Source: Zygnema circumcarinatum SAG 698-1b (taxonomy: Eukaryota; Plantae; Zygnematophyceae). From it: a DNA stretch of 64,000 nucleotides. The stretch covers positions 1,640,525 through 1,704,524 of the forward strand of contig CM074816.1 of assembly GCA_037447605.1 (NCBI GenBank), read 5' to 3'. This document shows, in pieces, positions 27,901 through 45,902 of this stretch. Position 1 is the first letter of the stretch. Each line of letters begins with the position of its first letter. Under the pieces are notes generated by a model. It was given only the letters and a program-made list of their open reading frames with translations, had not been told where the DNA came from and made no database searches. The translations under genes and the position numbers were made by a program.

Positions 27901-30900
27901 ACGGTGATCTTGTTCAGTGCACGATAATTGATGCACATTCGCAAGGATCCGTCTTTTTTACCGACAAAAAGGATGGGCGCCCCAAAAGGGCTTTGGCTGG
28001 GTTCTATCCAGCCCTTCTCTCGTAAGGTGGCGAGCTGCTTGCGCATCTCCTCGGTTTCTTTCGGACTTAACAGATAGATCAGCCGCCAAGGCGGCTTCTG
28101 ATCCGGTTCTAGAGGTATGGTATGTCCCACGCCTCATGGTGGCAGCAATCCTCTTGGTAGATCGTCAGGGAACACATCCTTGAACTCGTCCAGCAGTGGC
28201 TGGAATTGGGTTGGAACCGTTGGCATCACATCAAAAGATGTGGGCTGCCATTCCTGGTCATCGTCATGCGTATCCTCAGTTGAGGCCATGACATGAACCA
28301 TGAACAGTGTACAACCTCTCTTAACTGCTTTGGCCACTTGCATGGCTGAGCAGAGAAAAGGTTGGGTAGGCTGCTTGACAACAGCTGCAGACGAGTTACC
28401 TGGAGAGAGGGTAATGCGTCTGACACCACTGTGAAGGACACAGTGTGGAATGGAGAAATCCAGTTGGGCCTTGACCAGAGTCAGCCAAGCACTCCCTAAA
28501 ATAACATCCATTCCAGGAGCCAGGAGTGTCACCAGACACTGCACTGATCCTGAATAGGACTGGAGTCTGAGCCGCAGGCTGACGCTGCCAAGGATTTGGC
28601 CTGTGCGTCCATCCCCGAAAGTGACGCTTTCGGAATGTGGGGTTGTGGTCAGCCCCAACTGTTGGGTAAATACTGAGCTAACAAAGTTAGCGTCAGCCCC
28701 TGAGTTTAGCAGAATCACTGCTGGGTGTCCGTTGGCGGAACCTTGGAAGGTCATTGCCCTGTGGGAAAGGTGGAAGAATGAACGCAACACATGCTGCGCC
28801 TGTGGACGTGCAGTCCACCAGGCCAGCGTGTGTGGCGAACGCACCAGCGCTGTGGTGTCATTTTCCATTCGCTGCACCAACAGGTGCCCTTTCCGCAGCA
28901 ATTTCGCCAAACGCCAAGTAGCGTTGGGCAAGGTGCGAACTGCCATGTGCTGTGGCAACAGCACATGCAGCGCTTGGATGTGTGTTGTATTACCCACGAA
29001 TCTAAGGGTCTCCATGACACTTTTATGGAAATTCACATCCCCCATGGCATTAAGAATTATGACAATCCACATGCCATTCAACAACACAGTTTCAAAAGTA
29101 ACAGGAGTCACAGCTGTGCTAGGGGACAGAGAAGTTTTAAGCGGCAGATTATGGTACACAAACAAATCCTGTCTGATTAACGATCTGCCCAGAAAGGCAG
29201 CAATGTCAGCAGGTTGCAGAAATAACTGTCTGCGCAGTGCCATGGCTGCTACCTTCCCAGCCCCTAGCCTAGCAGCACCACCAGCAAGGACTCCTAACTG
29301 GCTGGTGGTGGAGCGTTTTCCGGCCCCTTGCCCTTCCTCTCCTTGAGTGTCAATGGGCAGTCCCGAGCCCTGTGGCCCTCCTTCCGGCAACGGAAGCACC
29401 TGTTCTCCTTCTGCATCCTCTCCAGCTCTTCTGGAGTCAGCTTCTGCACCTTTGCAGTAGGTTGGCGGGCAGCCACTGCTGGCTGCTTCCGCTTGTTCGA
29501 CCCTGCAGTCTTGGGCAAGGTTTGGGGCGCCTTCAGCGTCCCCTCGGCCCCTACTGGCCGCTGTTGCTGGGGCCGAGATGGCCCTGCCTCCCCAGCGAGT
29601 GGGGTGTCCAACTGAATTGCTGCATCAAAATACAGCTCAGAGTCAGCGGGGTCCCACGGCTTCAATGTCCGTGGGTTAGTCCTCAGCTGCTTCCTCAGGT
29701 GTGGCTTCAAGCCATTCCTGAAGTGGTAAAAGAACTCAGCCTGGCTAGGCTTGTGCGTGGTGATTTGTGGCACCACTTGCCGCAGGTCGCGCAGAAACTG
29801 TTTGACGCTGCTGGTTTGGACCATGTTCTGGAATTTATCCCGGGCCTCCAAGCCCGGATCCAAGGTCCCAAAGTGTTTGGTAAGTTCATCCTTGAACTTA
29901 CCCCAATCGTCCCCAATCTCATCTGAGAGGCCCTCATACACTCGGTATGCGGCGCCTCGGAGAGAAGGGTAGGCAAAGCTCACCCACTGCAAAGGTGGGC
30001 AGTTGGTCGCGTGAAGGTAACCCCTCACTTGACCCAGCCACTGCTCAATTGATCAGTCGGTGTTTGGATGTTCACCCCAGCAGGAGATCGGGGCCACCTT
30101 GGCCCGATTCCGCTTGGCATCCTCCCCAGGTTGCAGAGGGGCAGCCCTCGGGTTGGGATCTCCTCGACCTCCAACAGCTGCCCCATCCGGGGGTCCCCCA
30201 CTGCTGGGTGGTTCGCCACCCGCTTAGGGGTGGCTTCCCCCTATTGACAAGACAGGGGGCGCTGGATTCTGCCGGCTGCTTCCGGCAGCCGGTGGGGGCG
30301 TCTGTACTGACGACGCTACTAGATCGGCATCCCTGTTACCCCCCTTAGCAGCAGCTGCAACTACAGCATCTTCAGCCGGAGAGGGGGTTCGGGGCATACC
30401 TTGTTCGATACGTTGGAGCCTGTCCGCCAGGCCCCGGAACTCCGCCTGGAGCGTGTCCACCAGTCGGCGGACCGTCAGCTCCAAAGTGTCCATCTTCAGT
30501 GAGCAGGCCAGAGTGGAAGCATCCTGCTCCGTGATCCGCCTCCCCAGATCCGCGATCCTCTTTCGGAGGATGATGCCAGCACCCACTGTGATGTGCATCT
30601 CGCCCTCCCCCTAGGGAGGGCCGCGGAGTCCTCAGCCGCTTGCGGCGGCTGCTTTAGAGGGGGAACTGGATTCGGGGCGGCCAGCGGCCAGCCCTCATCC
30701 GTAGGTTCGGGGCTCTCATACAGAATGGGCCCCGGGGTAGTCACTGACTGCTCCCCCATGTCCTCTTCCCGCGAGACAGAGGGTGGGGGTGGTGGCCCTG
30801 AAGGCCCTGGGTCCCCTCCGGCCCTGCGTGTGGTCACCATGACCCTCAAGTGTTCCCCTAACCCCAGGGACAAGCCGAAACGCGGCTCTGATACCAATGT

Positions 30901-31026
30901 AACGTACACGGGGGCCTACCTCCGTGTGCGTGCGGAAACCTCCTCCCGTACCAGCCACGCACTCCTCCAGCGAGTGCAGTCAGCCAGCCAGCCAGCAAGC
31001 ACCGAGAGCGCCGGCCACAGAGAGAG
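24970..31026 (-). mobile_element. Ty3/gypsy chromovirus, copy 2 (degenerate)
   Basis: 3' LTR 24970-25600; PPT GGGGGGAG ~25604-25611; PBS TGGTATCAGAGC ~30885-30896; 5' LTR end at 30898 (truncated by gap). Gag with CFRCRKEGHRARDC knuckle, PR (LLNSGA, catalytic D>N), RT YLDD, RNase H, integrase (GMDLIT...SDRD...TESVNR), GPF motif and chromodomain. Stops/frameshifts at ~26559, ~28132 and in gag. Confidence 0.96.
25635..26549 (-). pseudogene. Integrase C-terminus with GPY/F motif and chromodomain
   Basis: KLWPRFIGPF...VHPVFHVSLL...EYEVETIQAHR...YLVKWLGYGVEHSTWEPEGNL; separated from the integrase core by an in-frame TAG. Confidence 0.93.
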
Positions 31027-31336
31027 NNNNNNNNNNCGGGAGGGGAGGGGGAGGGCACGGGAGGGGAGGGGGAGGGGAAGGGGAGGGCAGGGGAGGGAAG
31101 GGGAGGGGAGGGGAGAGGACGAGAGGGGAGGGGGAGAGGAGGGGGAGGGCAGAGGAGGGGAGGGAAGAGGACGGGAGGGGCGGGAAAGAAATATTCAAAA
31201 CAGGGGGGCTATCTCCTCCCGAAATATCCAAAATGGGGGAGGGGGGCAGAATAGCCAAAATGGGAGGGTGGGATTTCAAAAAAACAGGGGCGGTATAACC
31301 AAAAAGGGGCGGCGGTATGTAATTCTCCTAAAGAAT

Positions 31337-32390
31337 GGGTAGTGTTATTTCCACCCCTTTTTTGGATCCAAACACCCCTTCCCGTCGGGCAGATTTCAAA
31401 AAGGATTAAAAACAGAAAATGCTTTTGCCACACCTTTTTGGAATCGATACCCACCTTCTTTTGTCGGGCAGATTTTATTTTTGCAAAACAAGGAAAATGA
31501 TATCCCGCACCCCATTTTGAATATCCCGCCTAGCAAATTTTTCTATTTGAGAGAAAAAAATATCGGCCTGCCCGAATCCGCTCGGAGCGAAAGATCCGTC
31601 CGCCACAAGATCGTTCGCGGGTGTCCGTCCTTTACACATGCGGTCAATTTATGCCGTCGATTAAAGTGCAGATCGCACCATTGCAGATCACCGTTCGATC
31701 TGCAGCCGGGCTCGGTCCCAGCGAATGGCAAGTGCCCACGTATCCCGTGAAAGCCGTCTCAAAAGTTGGTTCGTACAATAACCGTACGGTCGCATCTTCG
31801 GCGAAACGCATAATTTAGTACATTCAGCTAGACGTCATCAGCATAACACATGGCAGATGCTTGTTGGCTGGAAGCTGACAATTGGCGAGCCGCCGCAGGC
31901 TGGCTTTTCCAGCTCATTATCTTGCGGAGATCTTGGGCTGAAGGACACGTGAACTAGCACGTGTGATCCGGATTTGGTGGGACACGTGTGCATGTGCCAT
32001 TCGCTGGAGCCTAGCTCGATCTGTAGATCGAACGATGATCTGCCACGGTGCGATCTGTGAGAGAATCGACGGCTGAGATTTACCGCACGTGTGAAGGACG
32101 GACACCCCACGAACGATCTCGTGGTGGACGGATCTTCCTCTCCGAGCGGATTCGGGCAGGATTTTTGTTTTTTCCCAAAAATCAAATTCAGGGAGGTTGT
32201 ATATTCAAAATGGGGTGACGGGGTATCATTTTCCTTGTTTTACAAAAATAAAGTTTGCCCGTCGGAAGGAGGTGGGAATCGATTCCAAAAAGGTGTGAAA
32301 AAAGCATTTTCCGTTATTGATCCTTTTTAAAGTCTGCCCCGCCGGGAAGGGGTGTTTGGATCCAAAAAAGGAGTGGAAACAACACTACCC
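31337..32390. mobile_element. Foldback/MULE-like non-autonomous element family B with ~410-bp imperfect TIRs
   Basis: GGGTAGTGTT...AACACTACCC ends; 31337-~31748 is an inverted copy of ~31978-32390; flanked by TAAAGAAT and TAAAGACT. Confidence 0.9.
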
Positions 32391-33130
32391 TAAAGACTTC
32401 GGGAATTTCGTAAGCGATGGTCAAGGTCTGACTCCTCCTAAGGTCTGACTCCCCCTATTTGTGTACATGCACCAATTTTTGTAAGGAATGAGCATTCCGA
32501 CATATTCCCCAAACGAATGGTTTATCAAATTTAGTACTGTACAAGCTGTACTTTCAATCACTATAGCATGGAACGCGACATCTAAAAGTACTACTTTCTA
32601 AAGAAACCCAATCGTTTTGGCCGTGGCAAACAGATTTGGCGATTTTCTGTGACTCACCGTTGACTTTCTGCGATTCCGTCCAAAACCGCCATAGTTCGTA
32701 CGGTTTGACGGACGGTTTCGATCCACCCACATGATGTACGATCCGCATGCTTCCACCGACAGTTTTACACAAGGCACCGACATTCATAAACAAGTCATCG
32801 ACATTTTTACATAAGGTACCGACATCACAATTAGCGAACGTCAGCCACGCCGAGCTCTGGACCAATCAGCGTCGGCCGACAAATTTCAAGCCAGCTCGAT
32901 GTACGGCCACGATTGCACCGACAACGACTCCGATTTTTTCCTAACGAACTCTGGACCAAAAACAAAATTCAACCAAGCTAGATGTATGGCCACGATTTCC
33001 CCACCGACGGCAGTGACTTTTTGGAGCACCAGAGAGAGAAGAAAGCCGCAAGCAGCCCCACTTCTTCCCTCCCCTACCCTCGCCCCTCTCTCTGAGAAAG
33101 AGAGAGACCCCACCCTACGAGGCCCGAGCC

Positions 33131-36100
33131 ATGGCGGCCCTTCCTCGTCCGTACATTCCATACATCCCCCTCCTGCTCCCGCTGCTCTGCGCCCTCTTCC
33201 TCTCCCTCCCTCTGCGCGCGGGCGCCCTCACACGTGCGGAGCTGTTTCCTTACGGGCCCGCGGTGGGGGACGCGGCGTTGGGGGGCTGGCAATACTGCTA
33301 CTCGGCCCCCGTGACCCTGCCCTACCCGGTGACGCTCTACTACACCTACAGGCAACTGGAGGTCTCGTGCAACGGCCACATTGGCTTTCCGGGGGCTGGC
33401 TATCATGCGGACTTGTACGTGCTCTCGCTCTCTCATATCTCTCTCGCTCTCTCATATCTCTCTCGCTCTCTCTCACTCACTCACTCACTCTGTCCATCTT
33501 TCTCTCTCCCGCTCTGGCTCTCGCTCTCTCATATCTCTCTCGCTCTCTCTCACTCACTCACTCACTCTGTCCCTCTTTCTCTCTCCCTCTCTCATATCTC
33601 TCTCGCTCTCTCTCACTCACTCACTCACTCTGTCCCTCTTTCTCTCTCCCACTCTCGTTCTCGCTCTCTCTCTCACTCTCGCTCTTGCTCACTCTCTCTC
33701 TCCCACTCACTCTCTCTCCCTCTCTCCCGCTCTCACTCTCGCGCTCGCTCTCCCTCTCTCCCTCTCCCTCTCTCTCTCCCTTTTCCACTTAGAAGACAAT
33801 GGACACTTGTCCTTCTTTCACTCTCCAGCTCAGTGATTTTTTTTCCTTTTTCCCCCATCCTTTCTCTCTCTCTCTCTCATTCTCTCTCTCTGTCTGTCTG
33901 TATCTCCTGCTTTCTCTCTCATCTTCCTTTGTGCTTTTCCCTTTTTTAAATGGAAAACCTTTCAAGGGTGCCCTCTAGTCTAAAAGATTTTCTTTGTCAT
34001 TTTCGTTTTGTGTATGCGCATTAAACTAAGATGCTCCGTGTGCAGAAGAGACGACCCGCGCGACCCGCCTCTTTTCACCTACATCGCACCCTTTGCATAT
34101 ATTGCAGGTGAGCAGTAGCAGCAGCAGCAGGAGGAGTACTTAGCTTGTTCCCAAGGGGCCATGAGGGCACGGGCCAGCCTTTGCCATGTATGCGTCAGTC
34201 CATGTGTGAATCCATGTTGCGGAAGCACATGAGCGCATCCCATTGATGCATGTGGTATGCATGCATGGGTACCATGGTACCACATGCATGCAAGCATGGG
34301 TACCACCTCCATCATATCCATCCTTTCTCATTTCACACTTCCTCCTCGTCAACTTGTCGTCTCTCTCATCATTGTCTCTCTCCCCCTGTCCTCTCCCCCT
34401 GTCCTCTCCCCCTGTCCTCTCCCTCCTCCCAGACACAGAAGACGGCCACGGCAGCGTGTACTACAGGACGATGGGCCCGTCGAGTCGCTCGGCGGACCTG
34501 GCCCGGCTCGCGGCCGATCTGAGGGCGGCGTTCCCTGAGGACGAGGAGGTGCAACTGTTCAGACCGGACGCGGGGTTTGTGGCGTCGTTCATCGACATGG
34601 GAACGTACAGGTGAGCCAAACGAGCCCGTTCGAAAGTGGATCACCGTGTTGGCCGTGTTGGGGTTTTGGTCGTTTGATGAGGTTGAACTGGTGCGGTTTG
34701 AGATGCAAAGTCAGGGCTGGAGGTTGAACTGTTGAGATTCAAAGGCAGATCTGGAGGTTCAACTGTTGAGAAAAATGGCTCCAAACCTGAGCATACCAAC
34801 TCCTGTGCATGGCGAATGTAGCGTATCTCCTCTGGAATTTCATTCTGTAAGCACATTCATCATTTTCATTTTAAAAAATAGTTATGTATCTTCATCGATA
34901 TATACCGTTGCATGCGTTCTTTCTTTCAGGAAATTGTACAATATGACGAACACGTTCCAAGCGTGGGTTTTGTGGACTGCGGATTTAGATCCGTTGAGCT
35001 ACACATGCTTTCTGTACCCTGAAAATGGGCTTAGCGAGGGTGGTGAGTTACTCTTAATTTTGAACATCATTTTGGTGGGTTGGAATATCGATTGATCTTT
35101 GGGTTTTTTTCCGATTAGCTCCATCACAAAACTAGTTTGCAATATCTGCTTTCCAGTCTTTTAAGAGCGGGAATCATTCCTTATCGATACCTTCTGTTTC
35201 CGTCGTCTTCCGAGCAGTTTCTTCTCAAACGATTTGAGATAAAAATGGTTGGTTTGGTTTAGGGTTAGGGTTAGGGTTTAGGGTTTAGGGTTCAGTGCTA
35301 GGGTTTAGGGTTTAGGGATTAGGTAGTTTAGGCATTTGATTCCTGTTGGCAAATGTGCAAATTTCCAGTTGAGTGCTCTCTTAATGGTATTGCCCAAAGC
35401 GAGGAAAGAATCTTCCACGATTTTTTTACGGCAGGAGGAAGGAAGGGAGAGGTTCTAATCGAGTAGACGTGACATGTTAACTTACATAATGTAAAAAAGA
35501 AAAATAAACCAATATTCTGACTGTTGCATGCGAGGATGCAGTTAACGCTTACTTTGCAGGACATCCCGGGTTGAACTTGCTGCGTTCCACAAGCTATTTA
35601 AACCTGCCCCTCCAATCCAATGTGAACATAACCGGAAAGTGGTGCTTCAAGCTTTTCTCCGGTGAGATAACCAACCTGCTATTCCCCTCTGAAGCTTATC
35701 TCAATTCAAGCACTTCCGGTTTATCAGTATGTCACTGTACGTAGAAATCTGCAGGTCTTTCATATAATATTGACAGAAAAAGATGATTGCAGATCCGTCA
35801 ACCTGCACATTACAATCTCTGTTGTAACAAAAGCTCGCTAATGTCCAATTTTTACGAGAAATACCAAAGATAGTGCCTGAAATTGCTAGATTTTTACAGC
35901 TAACCCGAAAGCAAACCTGCTTCAATACCGGTTTGAGGAACTAAAAATGATGTTATATACAAACTTCACATTTTTTTAAGTCATTTTTTATAGTCAGGGT
36001 TTCAGGGTTTAGGGTTTTAGGGTTTAACGGAGTGTAATGTTTTGACTATGTCAGCTGAATTTTCGTCCCCGTGGACCTCCCTCTCCTCCTCGGGAGGGTT

Positions 36101-36391
36101 TCTGATGAAGGCCACGTGGTCGCATACAGCTTTGAAGGTTGATGAAAATGGAGTTGACATTCAACTGTGGGAAGGTGGGATCCAACCATTCCTTCAGGAT
36201 GAATGTTGGCTGAAAGTTTTAGGTTGTAAAGGTTAGGTTTGAGGGTTTTAGGGTTCATGCAGATGCTGAAATTTCAGTTGAAGGATATGCTAATCTGTTC
36301 ACTTATAGCTATAGCGCCCCCCTGCTAAGTTTTCTCTCCCTTGGCTTTTCCATTACTCTCTATCAGCACCACTCAACCGCCTTTCTCTGTC

Positions 36392-36428
<37 letters not shown>

Positions 36429-36588
36429 GTCTCGCTCTCTCTCTGTCTCTCTCTCTGTCTCACTCTCTGTCTCTCTATCTCTCTCTCTCTGTCTCTCTGA
36501 CTCTCTGTCTCTCTGTCTCTTTGTCTCTCTTTGTCTCTCTCTGTCTCTCTGTCTCTCTGTCTCTTTATTTTTTTCTTCTCTCTCTCTC

Positions 36589-36671
<83 letters not shown>

Positions 36672-38537
36672 CTCTCTCTCTCGCGCTCTCTCTCTAATGT
36701 CTATCCTTGCCTTATTGCCAACTGGATTTGACTTGCAGGAAGCAGCGATGAGTTGGCCCTTTGGGTGGTCATCCGAACCTCAACCAGACTCGGATATGCG
36801 TTTCAGCGAGCAGGGGGAAACTTGTGCATTGAGGCCATGGACATGTCTCCGGGGGGAGTCCTTCGACTTGCAGGTGAGAGTCAACCTGCATGCATGAGAA
36901 GGGGAGTCAACTGCAAAGCCCTATCTATGCTTGTAACGGCTTATATGGTTAAAAGTCGTCACTTGCAACGCATAGTATAATCTTGAGAAGGCAAAGAACA
37001 ATATGTTGAATATGTCATATGTTGATTTAATGCCTTCCTCTTTACTCAGGAAAGCAAGAAGTAGCTTGTTACACAACCTTTGAAGTTTCGTGGAGTAGTT
37101 CACCTGAAACTGCACACACATTCTATAGGCGTGAAGAAATTTCATACTGTCTTGACTGCTTAGAAAGTGGAGTTTGAGGATTTTCACTGTAAAGTCAACG
37201 TAAGCAGTTGAACCAAGCCTCAATGCAGGTGGCAGTTGATCTGCACTTTCCGATCTGACTAACTAAGGTTTTAACTATTTCGTTGAAGGTTTAAATGATT
37301 TTTGCAGAGTGCCACTATGGAAAAAATCAGTCGTTTGTCCCGATCAACCAACGATCTTGGGATTCTGCAATGCAATGGCGAAATGCGAACTCAAGTTTGT
37401 GTCTGAGCGCAGACAAAGCATATCCCGGAACTCCTTTGCAGCAACACACGTGCGGGAAAACCATACAGAGCCTCTATTGGCTGCCGCTCGAAGCATCAAA
37501 TTTCCGCAAACCACGTAGCTACCCTCTTCTTCAACCCTTGGTCTTATTCTTTTCATAACAGATTGCTTGAGAAAGAAGGAATTTGGTTCGGGTTGAGGGT
37601 CTTTGAAATTTGGCGATGATGCAGCATAGGTTGTTGCCAGTGCAACCATTCACTCTAGTTTTGATCTTATCGTACATTGCGAAAATATGGTTTTTGATAC
37701 AGACTGAGTCAGATTTGCATCTTATTCCATACATGCTCTGTTCAATGTGCAGCTCTCAGCACTCCCGCCATTATCTCCTATTGGGTGTTCTCTGTTCGCC
37801 AAGCTGATGTGATAAGTAACTTTATCCTTCAGTATTCAGCACAACCCCTTAATTTCTGGTTGCGACTCACCTATGATTGGCGGTATCTTACGGGAGTTGC
37901 TCTCTATGATAGACCAATCGAACTTTTGCGAGAAGATGCAAATGGAGCATGCCAGGCAGCTTCCTTCACCAGTTACTTCTCTTTTCAGATTTCCGCAGAC
38001 AATGTAAAAAATGCGGATGGTCTCACATTCGTTCTCCTCACTTCCAATGCGCTCCTAAGTTATTTCGGCAGGGAAACTGGCGGAAATCTTGGATACTCGT
38101 ACAACTTATCGGCGGAGTCGGTTGGCAGCACAGCGATAAGTTTTGATACGTGGCCGAACCCTGAGCTTGGGGAGCCAACCGGACAACATGTGGGGCTCCG
38201 TCAAAACTTCAACAAATATATCATCAAGTTTGCAAATAAGGACATTTTCTTAAGGGGACTCTACAAGTTTCAGTGTAAAGTATGGGTTGATTACGATGGG
38301 GCTTCGGAAGTATTCAGTATATATTACGGCGGCGGCAGTTTCAGGAAACCTGCTCTCCCAGTGCTCACGCAAAGCTCATCTCTCTGCAACATTCTGCGAC
38401 CAGCGGCATGCGGCGATGCATGCAAGAATTTGACGAGTGCATATGTCGGCTTTACGGCAGCGACGGGGGGAGCTTCACAAGCCCACGATATTACGTCATG
38501 GTACTTTAATAGCTGGTGGCCAAGTACTGGTAATTAG
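33131..38537 (+). CDS. Secreted NIDO + ricin-B-like + legume (L-type) lectin protein, paralog 1 (~10 exons)
   Basis: Signal peptide, then LFPYGPAVGD, VSCNGHIGF, YIAPFA, GSVYYR, NTFQ, SNVNITGKWCF (NIDO/nidogen G1-type motifs); three beta-trefoil-like repeats (LCIEA...ECHYGKNQSF, LCLSA...LQQHTC); legume lectin ADGLTF, GGNLG, FDT, VWVDYDG, YVGFTAATGG, HDITSW at ~37752-38537. The 3' end may be spliced further. Confidence 0.8.
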
Positions 38538-39634
38538 GGTTTCGACAGAGTTTCAGGGGTTTTAGGGATTTTAGGTTTTAAAGGTGTTTAAGAGATTGGT
38601 GGGTTTTTTCGGTTTTCAAGGTTTTTAGGGTTTTTAGGGTTTTTAGGGTTTTTAGGGCTTTCAGGGTTTTTACGGTTTTTATGGTTTGTAGAGATTTTAG
38701 GGTTTTTTTTGGGCGGTGTACGGAGTTTCATAGGCGATGGTGTGGGATTCGGTGAATCGAAGTGTGGGACATATATTATATTCTATCTATTATTGTGTAC
38801 TTGATTATAGGGTAGGGAGGAGAAGCGGAGAATTTACCCCTACCCTAAACCCTAAACCCTGTGTGCACTTGTGCGGTAAGCTTTTGTGGAGGGTGAGTGG
38901 AGGTGGTGGGTGGGTGGTGGGATGGCTCGAGATTATTATTTATCATTTAGGGGAAGGGGAAGCGTTTAGGTGATAGAGTAAGGCTGCGTGGTTAACTTAT
39001 CACTTGTAACCACCGCTAATTTTTATTAATGGAGTTTTAGGTTGCAAGACTTTCTCCAAAAGTTTTGCAGTGTGTTGTTTTTTTTTTTCTTTGCATGCTT
39101 TTCGCTCTGTCTGAGTGGGATATCAACTACAGATGGAGGGAATGAGGAAATGTCTGCAGGGAAACTAACTCTATCATTTTTAGAAATTTCAGAATTTTAC
39201 AGTTTTAGGCCAACCCTAAAAACCCTAAAATCAATTCCCCCAGTACAGAATTGGGTTGTGGGCGTACTCAAATCATTTCAATACTGTAATGAAAGTTAAC
39301 AAAGTTGAGGATTTTAAAGTACGGAAATCGGGAAAATGCGGAAAACTAACTGCTCAAGGTCAAGAGAGAAAATGACTTAACTAAAGTAATAACTTTATCA
39401 AACAAATTCCTTTTTGAAATCATCATCACCGCTCGATATAGTACAGCAACGTGTACGGACTGCAAAAATTATTGTACAATACTGTACAGTAACCCATCAA
39501 CAAACATACCGTACCATACCGATCTGTATCGTATTGTTCGATATCGATACTATATCGTGTCTTCCGAAGTTTTCTTTCAAGGCGTTCCCCTGCGGAGCTC
39601 CCGTGCGGCCACGTGGCGGAAGGAGAGCTGCAAG

Positions 39635-45902
<6,268 letters not shown>

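Larger units (their letters stand above)
24384..31328. mobile_element. MULE-like element family A (TIRs ~140 bp) with GA microsatellite interior, interrupted by gypsy copy 2
   Basis: Ends GGAGAACTATATACCGCC / GGCGGTATGTAATTCTCC; TSD TAAAGAAT at 24376-24383 and 31329-31336. Two 10-N gaps lie between the ends. Confidence 0.82.
22838..32456. mobile_element. Outer PIF/Harbinger-PHIS-like DNA element hosting nested insertions
   Basis: TIR AGGGGGAGTCAGACCTTGACCATCGC / GCGATGGTCAAGGTCTGACTCCTCCT plus a duplicated tip AAGGTCTGACTCCCCCT; TSD ATT at 22835-22837 and 32457-32459; TIR related to the 5703-6543 element. Confidence 0.78.
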
